From Amphiscolops sp. MND2022 (Eukaryota), in NCBI GenBank assembly GCA_964187785.1, contig OZ076409.1, positions 62,312,001 through 62,376,000 of the forward strand: DNA of 64,000 nt. The letters run 5' to 3'. The notes beneath the pieces were generated by a model that was given only the letters and a program-made list of their open reading frames with translations, was not told where the DNA came from and ran no database searches. Positions 12,500-24,100 of the stretch are shown here, one piece after another; the stretch's first letter is position 1; each line of letters opens with the position of its first letter. The translations under genes were made by a program, and so were the position numbers.

Positions 12500-15400
12500 T
12501 TCCCCCCTCTTCGGAGTTGTCCTATGGGGGTTTGTTGTAGTGGCCGTATGGTACGGATTTCTTCGTTGTTTTTCCGCATTGGACGGTCATTCTCCATCTC
12601 ATTTCTCTCCGCTGTTTCCGCTGTTGTTTCCTGTAATAAATTACCGTGGTTAGTTAATTTTTTCTTATTGTTACTAATGTGGTACGGTATTCCGCCTAGT
12701 TTTTCGGTTTGTTTTGCAAAAGGTAGTCTATTGGATCTTCTGACCGGTTCTATCGGTTTTTCTGTTCTATTTTTTCCTTTATAGCTACCTTGTTCCGGTG
12801 TCAGGTTAGTTTCATTGGGGTGGAGCTGGAGTTCATCTTCGATGTTGACTTGTATCGGTTTTCCTTCCGCTTTATTGTAGCATTCGAAGTCGTCGTCGTC
12901 GGATATAATGCTGAGGTTTAAATTTGCCGTGTTTTTGTTTGGTGAAGTAAATTGTCCCTTGTTGTTTCTGGGTATTTCTTTTCTTTTCGACCAGTCCTCG
13001 CTTCTTTCATAGTTTGCGATGTTTTTCGGTGTCTCTTTCTTGCTGTAGATGCAGGGTGCTCCGCTGGTGGTTGCGTTGTCCAGTGTTTTGGAGCAGGTGG
13101 GTTGGTCTGCAGTGTTTTGGCGGGTGTTGATCTTCTTTGCCGGTGTTGTTGTTGTTTGCTGAAATGGTAACGGGTTGGATATTAATTTCCTGTGGATAAC
13201 TTTGTTTTTATCCGTTGTCACGGTGTGTCTTGTTCCAGATACAGCGGTTTGTATTTTATTTTTGAATTTACTTTCCATGGATAATTTTTTGTAGTTTTTT
13301 TCGTAGAATTTGAAAGGATATTCAAATTTACTTACCGCACTGGTCGGTTTTTTTGTTTGGGAGAATGTCATCCCTCGTTTGTATCTTGGTTCGGCTATCT
13401 TTTTCTTTGACATTACCAGATGGTCCGTGATTTGTCCGGTTGAGTTTCTGGTGATATACACCGAAAGATCTTTGGAATCCACTAAAATAGAATTTTTTAG
13501 GTTAGACAGTTTGGTTCTTGGTGTCCGTCCGAAGTGCAATTCAAACGGAGTTTTCTTTGTTTCTGAATGTATTGTAAATCTTAGGACATATAATGCTCTA
13601 TTTACGCTTTCACGAAGATTTTGGTTGTCTTCTAAATTTGCCAGTGTCAGGTTCTTCAACGATTGGATTGTGCGCTCGACCAATCCGGTGCCAGTGTGTA
13701 GATTTGCCGTACCGTATATGCGGTTGATATTATGCGTCTTGCAGTATTCTATGTATTCTTTGGAGATAAAAGCGCCGCCTTTGTCCAATTTTATTTGTTT
13801 CGGTACTCCGTATACGTTTGTATATTCATCCAGAAATGAAATTACGGTTTCGTGGTTCGTGTTTTTACATATTTTTGCTACGGGCCATCGGCTATTTTTA
13901 TCCACCGCAATTAGTATGAACGGATTGTTTTGCAGTTTTTTATTGTTGAGATTTCCCGTAAAATCGATTTGTATTTCTTCACCGGGTGTTTTTGGCGGTT
14001 CAATTTTTGATTTTCGGTTTGGGGTATTTGGAATTTTAGATTCTTACCGGCGTTGAGGCAGGCTGAGCAGGTTTTTGATTTTTTCTCGATATCTTCCCGC
14101 ATATTCGGCCACCAGAATATTGCTGCGTCGTTGTACATTTTGTTTATCCAGGGGTGTCCAAAATGTAGTGCATTGAGTGCTGCGTAGCGTAGTGATTTTG
14201 GGATTACGATGCGGTCATCAACCAGTATGATGCCCCAACGGTGTGTCAGTTTCTTGGCTACGGTTCTGTAGTTCTGCGGGATTTGGTCCAGTTTGTTGTC
14301 CTCGATGCAGCAGTTTAGTTCGATGAGATCGGGGTCAGCGGCCGTCTCCTTGATTATTGTCTCCAAGTCTAGCATGAAGTCCAGTTTTGCCAATCTGACA
14401 TTATCTTCTTGTTGTCTGTTGCGCTTCGGTTTTTCTTCGACTACGCGGTTAATTCTCACGTAGTGTACGGCGATTTCTTCGATTGGCCCGTCTCTGTATT
14501 CTTGGACTGGTATTACTGGGTAGGTTCCGGGTTCGTGAGTGGCTACTGCTTCCTCCGAGTTATTTGAGACGGTGGATTCTGCATCTCGGTTGGTTTCGTT
14601 TCCTGGGGCCGGTTCGTTTCTCTCGGTTTGTTGTTGTTCGGTATTTTGTCCCTGGGGGATATCGTCCCCAAAGTTGTTTTGGAAATATCCTCCGCCGATA
14701 TGTTGTTCTCTGATCTTTTGTCTCAGTTGAATGTCGATTCGTTTTATTTCTCTTCTTTCGTCTTCTTCCGGTCTTCTCGGTATGTAAATTTCTCGACCCA
14801 AATTCTTATTGAAATGTGGTCTCATTACACCCGGTCTCGCCAATTGTATTCTTCTTCTCACAAGTTCCGTAGTTTCAGGTGATTTGTCTCTTGCATTAAC
14901 AATGGCCATAATATCATCATCTGCACCCCAATGGTGTCGTAATTGTCCGTCTGTACAGAGGAAACGTGTGGTATTTTCATTGTTATTCATTTTTAAACAA
15001 TCAGTATTGGATGAATGCTGTTGTATGCGGTAATTAGAATCAATATGGCTTTTGTTTGTTTGGTAGCGTCGCGTGTCAATTAGCGAGCGCGTATCACGCA
15101 TGTTTGCTTCGGTTGCCGTGGTCGCGTCTTCTGATTGGTCGAAAATCCGTCCTATTCGGGCGTTACCGTTGCTAGTTGCGCGATGGCGTTAATAACAATC
15201 TTTTCTTCGTAATTTGCTTCCGGTTCTGGATTTTCGGTAAGATTTCGGCTGATAAAGTCCGTGAATTTGATTTCTTTGCCGGCGGTGTGTTTTAAATAGA
15301 TGTCAAAGTGGTTCAATCTGTCTAACCATCGTGTTAGTCGCGCACTGTATTGTTTATTTGTCTTGTTTCTCTTCAGGAGGGGTTCTAGTGCTTGATGGTC

Positions 15401-17922
15401 CGAAAATAATTGGACTTGTTTGCCATATAAATGGAATCTGAATCTTTCCAGGCCCCATACGACGGCTAGTAGTTCTAGTTCTCCGATAGAATATTTTTTT
15501 CGGCATCATTTAGGTAGCGGCTGGGAAATGCTATCAGTTTTAGCTCTCCGTTGCCTTGTTTTTGCCAGAGTGCTATTCCAAGGCCGGTTTTGCATGCGTC
15601 GGTTGTGACGATGTTTTCTTTGTTTCCGTTGTAATGTGCCAGACAGGGTAGTGATGTTAGTTCTTGTTTTATCTTGTTGAAATCCGAATTTCGATTGGTT
15701 GTCCATTCCCATTTCGTTCCTTTTTTGAGTAGTTGTCTCATGTTGTCTGTTTTCTCGGATAGGTTCGGTATGAATTTCGCAAAATACTGTATAGCTCCGA
15801 GGAAAAATTTTAGTGTTTTGGCGTTTGTTGGTGGTTCTAGTTTGTTTATCGCATCGGTCTTTTCTTTGTTTGGTCTAATTCCATCTTGTGATATCGTATG
15901 TCCGAGCCATATTGTTTCTTTTTGGTAGAATTTTGACTTCTTTTTGCTTGCTTTGTAGCCTTCATTTTCCAGTTTTTTTAATACCGAATATAGTTTTCGG
16001 GTGTGTTCTTCTTTGGTTCCGCGTGTGACAATTATGATGTCGTCTAACCAAACTGGTGTTTGGTGGCCCAGGGTTCTGTCTATTTTCTCTTGGAAAATCG
16101 TTGGTATGTCAGCGGGACCGTAAAATCCTTTTAGGAATCGGTAGTATCCGTTTATTTTCTCTCCTGTCATCGCAAAGTTGCAATGTTTGCTTGTCTCGGG
16201 AGCCAGTTTCATTTGTCCGTATGCGTAGTCGAGATCTACTACGGATATCCAAAATGGGTCAAGGTCGTTTTTGGATAATTCGGCTGATATTTGGTTTAAT
16301 AGTTCTTCCATATTTGGCATATGTGGCCTTTTCTTTACACAGCTGTCATTGAGTTTTCGGGCGTCTAGCGCGATTTTTACCGTCTTGTCTTTCTTTACCG
16401 TAATTACTACGGGTGATACAAAACAATCTTCTTCGATTGTTTCTAATCGTTCGAGATGTCCGGATTTTATTAGTCGGTCCAATTCGTTTTTTACATCTTT
16501 TTGTAAATGGTACGGTATCGGTCTGGCTTTCTGCTGGATGGGGTAACATCCTGGCTTTATTTGGATTTTCACTTCTATATTTTTCATTGTGTGGTTTGTT
16601 TCGAATAGTTTGTTGAATTTCGCGTAGATAGTTTCTAATTGGTTGGTTGATTCGTCCAATTGAATTTTGTTAATGGTGATTGGTAAATGTTTCAGCCAGT
16701 TCACGCCTAATAGTGGAGTGATGTCGTTTCTTTTTGTAATTAAGATTGGTAATTTTGTTGTCTTCCCGTTATATTCAATATCGGCCCATATTTTCCCGAG
16801 GAATTGGATTTCATTTTTGGTTACGTCTTGGTATCTTTCTTTCAGGGGTTTTATATCTCTTTGGTTGTAGAGTTTTGGGTTGTTTGGCATTATTGTAACT
16901 GGAGAACCGGTATCAATGGTGAAATTTTGATATTTGCCGTTAATTTTTAGTTTGATCCCGTAGTTGTCATTTTCATCCGGTAGTACTCTATTGATTTGCG
17001 TGATTTGTTGTATTTCTTCTGGTTCGCTTTCTTCTTCTTCGGTGTATGTTTCTTCCAGGTAGTTAATTTTTTGCTTTCTTGTGTTCTCATTGGTTTTGCT
17101 ATGGCAAACTCTTGCGAAGTGTCCCATTTTGTGGCAATTGTTGCATTCTGCCGTTTTTGCCGGGCATTTGTGCGATGGTGACCAGTTTTGCTGTCCGCAG
17201 AAACCGCAATTGTTGTTTTTTGCTATTATTTCGGTATTTTTCCGGTGGTTTCGTGGTTGTATTTTCTGTATGGGTTCTTCTTTTATTTCTTTTTCTTTCG
17301 CCAGTGCTGGTGGTATTGTTGATTGCTTGTGTCTCTTTTCATAACTGTCTTGGGTTACCAGGTCCATGGTAGTTTTCAGATTCAGGGTTTTTTCGCTGAT
17401 GAGTTTTTCCCGTAGTTTTTTATCGGTGATACTGGTGATAAATTTTGATATTAGTAGGTCTTCTTGTTTGACATCTTTGAATTCGCAGTTCTTTTCGAGG
17501 GATACTAATTTTCGCCAGTGTTCTTCCGGGGTTTCATTATCTTCTTGTTTCGCCCAGAAGAAATCTCCTCGGCTGTGGTAAGTTTTTCGCTTTGGCATGT
17601 AGTAATCCTTGAATAGTTGGATGAGTCTTTCTCTATTGATAGTGTCGGGATCTGTGTTAAATTCTCCTTTGGTGATCGTCTCTATTGCCGATGTTCCTGC
17701 TTCCCAGATGAAATCTTGTCTTATTTCCGGTTCTTTTGTTGTCCAATCATTACTTGTTGGGATTGTTTCCCCGGATAAAGCCGGTTTTATATCGATATCA
17801 TGGATTCGTTTTATGTAGTGCCGTAGTCGTTCGGTCCATTCTTTGGGGGTGTATAATTTTTTTCCATCAAGTCCGGTATCTTCGAGGTATGGTAGCAATA
17901 TATTACTCTTGGTTGTCGTCAT
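12430..17922 (-). pseudogene. Gag-Pol polyprotein (two CCHC knuckles, aspartic protease, RT, RNase H, integrase), broken by three single-base frameshifts (~15495, ~15164, ~14013)
   Basis: CGFCGQQNWSPSHKC and CNNCHKMGHFARVC; FTIDTGS; DLDYAYGQ...WLDD; RNase H TTDAC..ELELLAV..SDHQAL; HHCC (LHFGHP..CSAC); integrase QIDF..D-35-E (DKGGAF...GLVER). Confidence 0.93.
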
Positions 17923-17962
17923 TGATATTTGGTCGGTTAAAATTGAATTTACGGATAAAAGT

Positions 17963-17981
17963 AAATCTTGCTACTGCGCCA
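17963..17981 (-). promoter_or_regulatory. Primer-binding site, probably tRNA-Ser
   Basis: TGGCGCAGTAGCAAGATTT directly after the 5' LTR is complementary to a tRNA 3' end ...CTGCG-CCA typical of Ser tRNAs (identity inferred). Confidence 0.7.
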
Positions 17982-18220
17982 TGTTGTATTCTCGGTTTAA
18001 TACGGTAAAAAGGTTCTTTATCTAAGACAATAAGTTCGTATCTTCTTCAGCAACTAATCTATAGTATCAATCTCAAGTACAATGATCAATGTTCTATTGT
18101 ACAACACAAAATGTAGTAAACTCAAATTGACAGTAATTGGAGTTTTATGTTTAACAACAATAGTATGCTCTCTGTCTAGGTTCGTAGTTTTGAAGGTCAT
18201 GATATCTGCGTGATATCACA
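17982..18220 (-). repeat. 5' LTR of the Gypsy element
   Basis: Direct repeat of 12261-12499 and adjacent to the PBS. Confidence 0.95.
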
Positions 18221-19058
18221 CAGGCAATTTTGAGAATTTCCACTGTAAGCAGCCTTTCAGAACGTTTTGAGAATTTGCCCCACAATTTTGGCAGGACTTT
18301 TCCGTTGTAGTAGTAGTAGTTGCGGCTTGTTTGAGCCACATGCCAGGCGAAAAACACAGAAACCAATACGTGGTTTGATACAGACTAGATTAAGATTGAA
18401 GCAAGAATCAAGGATTTCAAGGACATTTGTCAAAGTGCCAAATAATCTAAAGACCTTTTAGAAGATTCAAAAGTAGTCTAAAATGTTAAATTAACAAAAA
18501 AAATCTAACGCCCACTGACTACCGGGACAAGTTTTTTGTGAAGTGTTTCAGTGACAACATAGTTTTACATGACTTGAGGATAGTTGTCCAAGTGGGCACT
18601 GTTTTGGGCCGTTTCAGTCTCTTTTACTTGGAAGATAGTTTGCTTGACGAAACCATCAAGAAAAAAGTTCATTACGACGCATAACCCTACACTTTTAGTG
18701 CGGCTCAAAGTTGGGCCGTTTGAGCAGTGGAATCCTGGGCCAAGCTTCAAAACATACTAACCGCAAAGAAATGAAAGTTTTCATTCAAAAAAATGTCATC
18801 AAAAGTTTCATCAAAAAATGAAATCCAAAAGTACTACAGTTTCATTCTTTACTTTTTATGCAAACTTGGAAGTGTTGTTGTTGGTCTGTTTATTAGGCTA
18901 TACTCGAGCTTTGATATATTGTTGCTGAAGGCATAATTCATCGCTAATAATACCCAGGTGCTCATCTGTTGGAACTATCCATAATAAACTTTTGGCTTAA
19001 GCAAGAGATGAGCTATCCTTCAACTAAATGTCTCTGGCAAAGTTTATCCTAGACGATT

Positions 19059-19658
19059 CTAACCAAACCGTGTGTCATGGACGTTTAGGTCAGGGTAATC
19101 ATCGTTCAATTGGTTCTCATACTGTCCGTTTCTCAAGCAACTCTTCGCGTTAAGATTTCGCTGAACTTCGGAATTTAGTTCCGGTCTCTCGGTCGGAACG
19201 TCCCATCCCTTTCTGGTCCCATGTCCTGGTCTGGCCATGATAACATTTTGGATTTGAGGAAGTACTTGAGTACTTATCGCATCGTTTATAGCTCTCTGTA
19301 TTTGGACACTCACAGAATTCACCATCTCGTCCATTTCCCGTGAAATACGAGAGTTCAATTCGCTAGACAATCTGTTTATTTCAGCGCTAGAATCACCTGT
19401 GATAGAATTGCGGTCACATTCGGCATTCATCCTAGAGTCAATATTTCTCTTGGATCTACCTCCGTTTCCGTCTTCATTATCAGACTCATTACTTGCAAAA
19501 CTCCTAGATCTCCTAGGTAAATTGCTATTCAAGCTACCTTCTCTTTCTTGTGCACCAAAATGGTTTTCGCCTAACATGATATCCAGATTTTCAATATCGG
19601 ATAACATTTCAAGTCCTCTAGACTTTCTCGCTTTCTTTTGCTTTCTAGTGGTGGGCAT
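19059..19658 (-). CDS. 199-aa ORF inside the solo LTR, probably the N-terminus of a Gag-like protein; its stop comes from flanking DNA
   Basis: MPTTRKQKKARK start, helical segment AEINRLSSELNSRISREMDEM; frame open across the LTR end at 19073; TATAAATA at 19779-19786 upstream. Confidence 0.6.
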   Translation of the reverse strand: MPTTRKQKKARKSRGLEMLSDIENLDIMLGENHFGAQEREGSLNSNLPRRSRSFASNESDNEDGNGGRSKRNIDSRMNAECDRNSITGDSSAEINRLSSELNSRISREMDEMVNSVSVQIQRAINDAISTQVLPQIQNVIMARPGHGTRKGWDVPTERPELNSEVQRNLNAKSCLRNGQYENQLNDDYPDLNVHDTRFG

Positions 19659-20983
19659 TGAAACAACTCCGAATCAACAATAAATTAATCAATACGGAAA
19701 TAACAGCGTAGCCGTTTGGAAATCAATTTTTCTAGAGTCGTATAATATAAATTGTGTCCCGCTCAGGCTAAACACCGGTATTTATACCCCTGAGCGGGTG
19801 ACACTCACATATTTTATATATTTTCATCCAAGATTGACATCGTAAGGTATGTAATGCACTTGATTTTTACATATCTCTGGTATTTAACAGGTATGGTTTT
19901 GAAAGGTATTTGCACCATGAGAACTTCCGTTTACATATTTCCTATATCATCGGAAAGCATCAATCACATATTTCTGTGAAATCCTGATTGGGAGAATTCC
20001 TGACATATTTGTCTCCCGAAATGTAACATCAAACAATCAACATAATGGTAAATATCCTTAACGGTACTTCAAACAACATATCTATTCTACATATTATCAT
20101 TGAAATGTCAACAAATGTTAAGCTTGTTGTTGGAATGCGAGACTCGTGGCACTGGTATGCAGTGTTAGCACGTGCCACCACGTGGCTATAGGTCAACGTA
20201 GGGGGAAGCAATTCAAATAATACATGTCTAATCTATTTAAATATCACTGCATCACTAGATAAGGATATTTCCCAAAAGGGCCGAAATTGGCCAAATCCTG
20301 GTTAATAGCACAATACTAAGGGGAGAAAGGATAAAAGGCCTTATTCGGCATTTGATCAACATTTAGTTCATTTGGTCCGTTGAAGGGTACGTTGGTATTA
20401 TTTCAATATTAAAACACTTCTAGAATAATCCCCAATCAATATGGTTAATTATGGGGTACAAGTAATACAGCATCATTCGTTACGTTAAGACGGCCTAAAC
20501 CGGCCATTTGACCAAAGTACAAAACAATCCGTGGACATTAAGTTAATTGGCCATATTCGGCCGCTACCAATCAAAGCCATATTGCACTCGTGAATTGAAG
20601 CGCTGTGATTGGTTGGGAGAATGACCTCAAGTGACGTTTTTGGATTATCGCTGAGCGTCACTTGAACTCGTTTCCTATACCGCTTTACAGTTGCTTCTAT
20701 TAGTACTGCTTTTGATTTAATTGATTTACGTCTTAACTGCACTTTTACAAAGTAGCCTAATTTGGATATTTCCAAATTGTACAACTTTTAACGGACTAAT
20801 ATTAACTTCATCCAAATATAAAACTAATACATGAATACACAAAACAACAACTAACGTTGAATAAAAACGAGTTTCTAAGGTCCATAGCCTGCATTCAGTA
20901 TATTGGTAGTGTACTTGGTGTCGGGTTTTGTTCTCCTGCCGCTGTAGTATAATTATTTCCGTCACAGGCGGCAGCCTGCGACA
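19073..20983 (-). mobile_element. Solo LTR (1911 bp) of a second LTR-retrotransposon family
   Basis: Termini TGTC...GACA; exact 5-bp TSD CCGTG at 19068-19072 and 20984-20988; no RT or integrase inside. Confidence 0.8.
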
Positions 20984-21152
20984 CCGTGTAAACTAGTCTC
21001 CTTTTTGAAAATTGCAAAACTTTATAACTCTAGGAAAATGAAAATTATAGAAGCTTTGGATAATGTACAAAATTTTACTATCAAAATTTACAGAAAATTG
21101 GTATCATTTCAATGAAATTTATTAACTTGTAAAATTGGAAAAACTGTTCAGC

Positions 21153-24100
21153 TCAGTGACGCGGATTGTCGATGTTAACTTCTGACGACATGAACCCTTT
21201 GTTGTGGTAACTTGAACTCAAGTCCGTCGTGTCCAACTGATGGTTGGTACTTTGATTATTTATAACCAGACTATCAGTAGCAATAACCAGGGTATCATTC
21301 TCGTCATCTTCCTCGACCACATGTCTTCGGGGCCCGTTTGCAGGCACGTGACCCCAGTTTGGGTAACTTCGGACGCGAGAGTGAGGCTGACTGTTTGCCC
21401 CTGAAGGGGGTCCGTTTCGATTCAATGCTTGGATGCTCTGTAACCTGAAAGAGTCGCAAAGTTCTATTCAGCGCATTGCTCGACAGTAAAACAACCGTGT
21501 ATTGTGTATCCAGCTGTTTTTACGTCACTTTCATGTATTCGTCATTACGTACTACGTCATTCGCGTATTTCCCAAGTCACTTTTTTGGAATTTTTCTTCG
21601 AAAGGGCTCTCAAAATCTTTATTCAGATCTGCCTTTTAAAATCAACTGTCCATCGAAACCATAATTGTTCATTTGCCTTTAGTATTTTTTCTTTCGATTA
21701 CTCGGTCATTTCTGATCAGGTATTTGGTAATTCATCTCATCATTGATCCGAATTCGCCTAAATTATTTACAATTATTCTTAGGTAATTTTCATTATCATA
21801 AATTCATCATTTTCACCCCTGTTTTGATATTTTATTCCAATTTCAACTTTTTCATGATCAATTGCCCCTAATTAGACCTGTTTGGTGCATCAATAACTGT
21901 TGTAACGTAGTTTTTTAGGCGAATTAAAAGCTATCAGCGAAACTCAATTTAGGTCGAAATTGTGAACGGTTGAAAATGCAATGGGTTGGGTCGAAGTTGC
22001 ATAGGACAAAATGTCCTGACACCACATCTGTTGTAATCCTTTCTCTAATCATTCTTTAGAACAAAAGTCAACTTACAGTTCCCAGCAGTAATACTTTTGA
22101 GAACAAAAGTCAACTTACAGTTCCCAGCAGTAATACTTTTGTTTGGAATGGTGAAAAGACCTCACATTAGACACATTTGCTGATGGAACAGTTCAAAAGT
22201 CTACTTGAATGTCCCAAAAAGACCCTACAAACAACTGGTTTCATTTTGGTGTTGAGTTTTCTCTTTTTCAAGTGAAGACAGTTGGAAACCATAAAATTAA
22301 GAGGCGAGATTCACGTTCTCCACATACTTTTGGAGATTGGATACCAAAAAATGGAACATAGGTTCGCTATAACTTGTTGAATGCTACATAACCTCAGTTC
22401 TTCGCAATTTTTTCATTTCCAACGGACACTGCAATATCATTTACTGTACTTCTTGGAATGCAAGCCGCGGCTTGTAAATTTAATTTTTAAATCAAAGTGT
22501 TTTTCATTTTCTGGGGCGGCTTCTCGAAAAATGCGGTTATTCTCAAAGTACCTTGGCGGGGGAGGAGGTGTGCTCTGGTAGCGAGGAGGTCTTTCACTTG
22601 GATGGTCATCGCCCATTGAAGGGTGAGACCTCTGGTAGCCGTGATTGACGGCTCCAATATGATCCCTTTGTTGTGGCAAAGTGCTGTTTCTCTGATAGTT
22701 ACCTCGATATGACACTTCCAGGCTTGGTTCACGATACGATGGGGGTCTGGAATGGTTTCTGGACTCCCTGTACATACTTCCAGTTGGGGTCCTTGCTTTG
22801 GGTTCTGCTTCGTAAAGTTGCATTTCTGGGTTTTCCAAAGCGGCCGAGTGACTAAAAAATACTTCAAAGTTCCATAGGTTGTGTATCAAGAATCATGTTT
22901 CAGTTAATCGCTGAAAATCTAATTTCACAATGGAGAACTCGATGCGATAGCTTGATTCAGTTTTTGCAAGCGCAAAAGCTGTGTATTTTTTATATTTTGT
23001 AATTTTATTACAGAAAATAAAGATATTATAAGTCGGCGTTTTATGAAACAAAATGCGACTATTACAGTGGCTTTTCGTCGTGTTTTTTTTTCAATCCGGT
23101 CGAAGAAACCATTTCATGCAGAATGCTGACCTGTCTCAGATGTAAAGCCCGGTGGCCTAGTAATTGGAGCGTTAGCCGGGGAAGAAGAACTTGGGTTCGA
23201 AATCAGCACAGCTCTTTTTTGTTTTGATTTTGAATTATAGAAATAGCGTTTTTGAATATTACGTATTTACGAAATGATATAATCCGGTAACGTTTTCTTA
23301 AGAACTGTGAATCAGAAATTGGGGTCCGAATCTATGTAACGCGGCAAAGTCATCTTTTCAAAATGAAATGTACTAATTGCAGTTACTATTTTTGAATATA
23401 TAGTTGATATAGTGATATATTCCGGATATAACGTCGATAATACGCATGAGGCGTTTTCTTCTGATTTTTCCGCGTCTTGCCTATCAAAAAGTGGGGGTTT
23501 GAATTAATTCAACGCCGAGGTATTCAATTTCTTCAAATTGAGTGGAACTGAATTTCAGTTTCTGATATAAAGAAGACAACAATTACTTCGGAAATACAAA
23601 AATAAAATTCGGATATAACATATTTGGTTGTTGTAGACTTCTCATTCTTCAACCTTCGTTGAAGACATCCCAAAGGCCACCTTTTACGCTATCTATGATT
23701 TTACTTCTTTGAAGCAACAAGTGGAAACAAAAGGCTCTCAACTTTGAAGTACTTTGCGTATTTTGAGTCTTGAGCGGGATGCCAACTTATACCGTTCCCG
23801 ACTTGTTGAAATACATTTTTGTCCTCCGTGGGCATGATATACATTGTTGTTTTTCGTCCATATTTCATATGAGAAAGGCAAATATTTAAGTCAGCTGCGT
23901 TTTCTTGTACAAAACTTGCCATGTTCCAAATTTATATCCAAGTTAAAAGGTTTCAGGTTTTCATAGAATTCAACTGACGGAAATTTAGTATCATGCAATC
24001 TGTTTCTGTGGAGATTTTTGGACTTTTTTGGTTGACCTCAAAAACCAAGAATCACCCAAAAATGAACCCAAAAACGACAAAAATTGGTATTGCTAACGTT

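Larger units (their letters stand above)
12261..18220 (-). mobile_element. Full-length Ty3/Gypsy LTR retrotransposon, Mag-like
   Basis: LTRs 12261-12499 and 17982-18220 (239 bp each, TGT...ACA, 7 mismatches); 5-bp TSD CAGGC at 12256-12260 and 18221-18225; PBS TGGCGCAGTAGCAAGATTT after the 5' LTR; PPT AGAGGGGGGAA before the 3' LTR. Confidence 0.97.

Noticed and set aside
13310..14056. 248-aa plus-strand ORF and other antisense ORFs over pol, MAP7, PSMD4 and HAUS8
   Set aside because: Shadow frames of real coding sequence with no independent motifs
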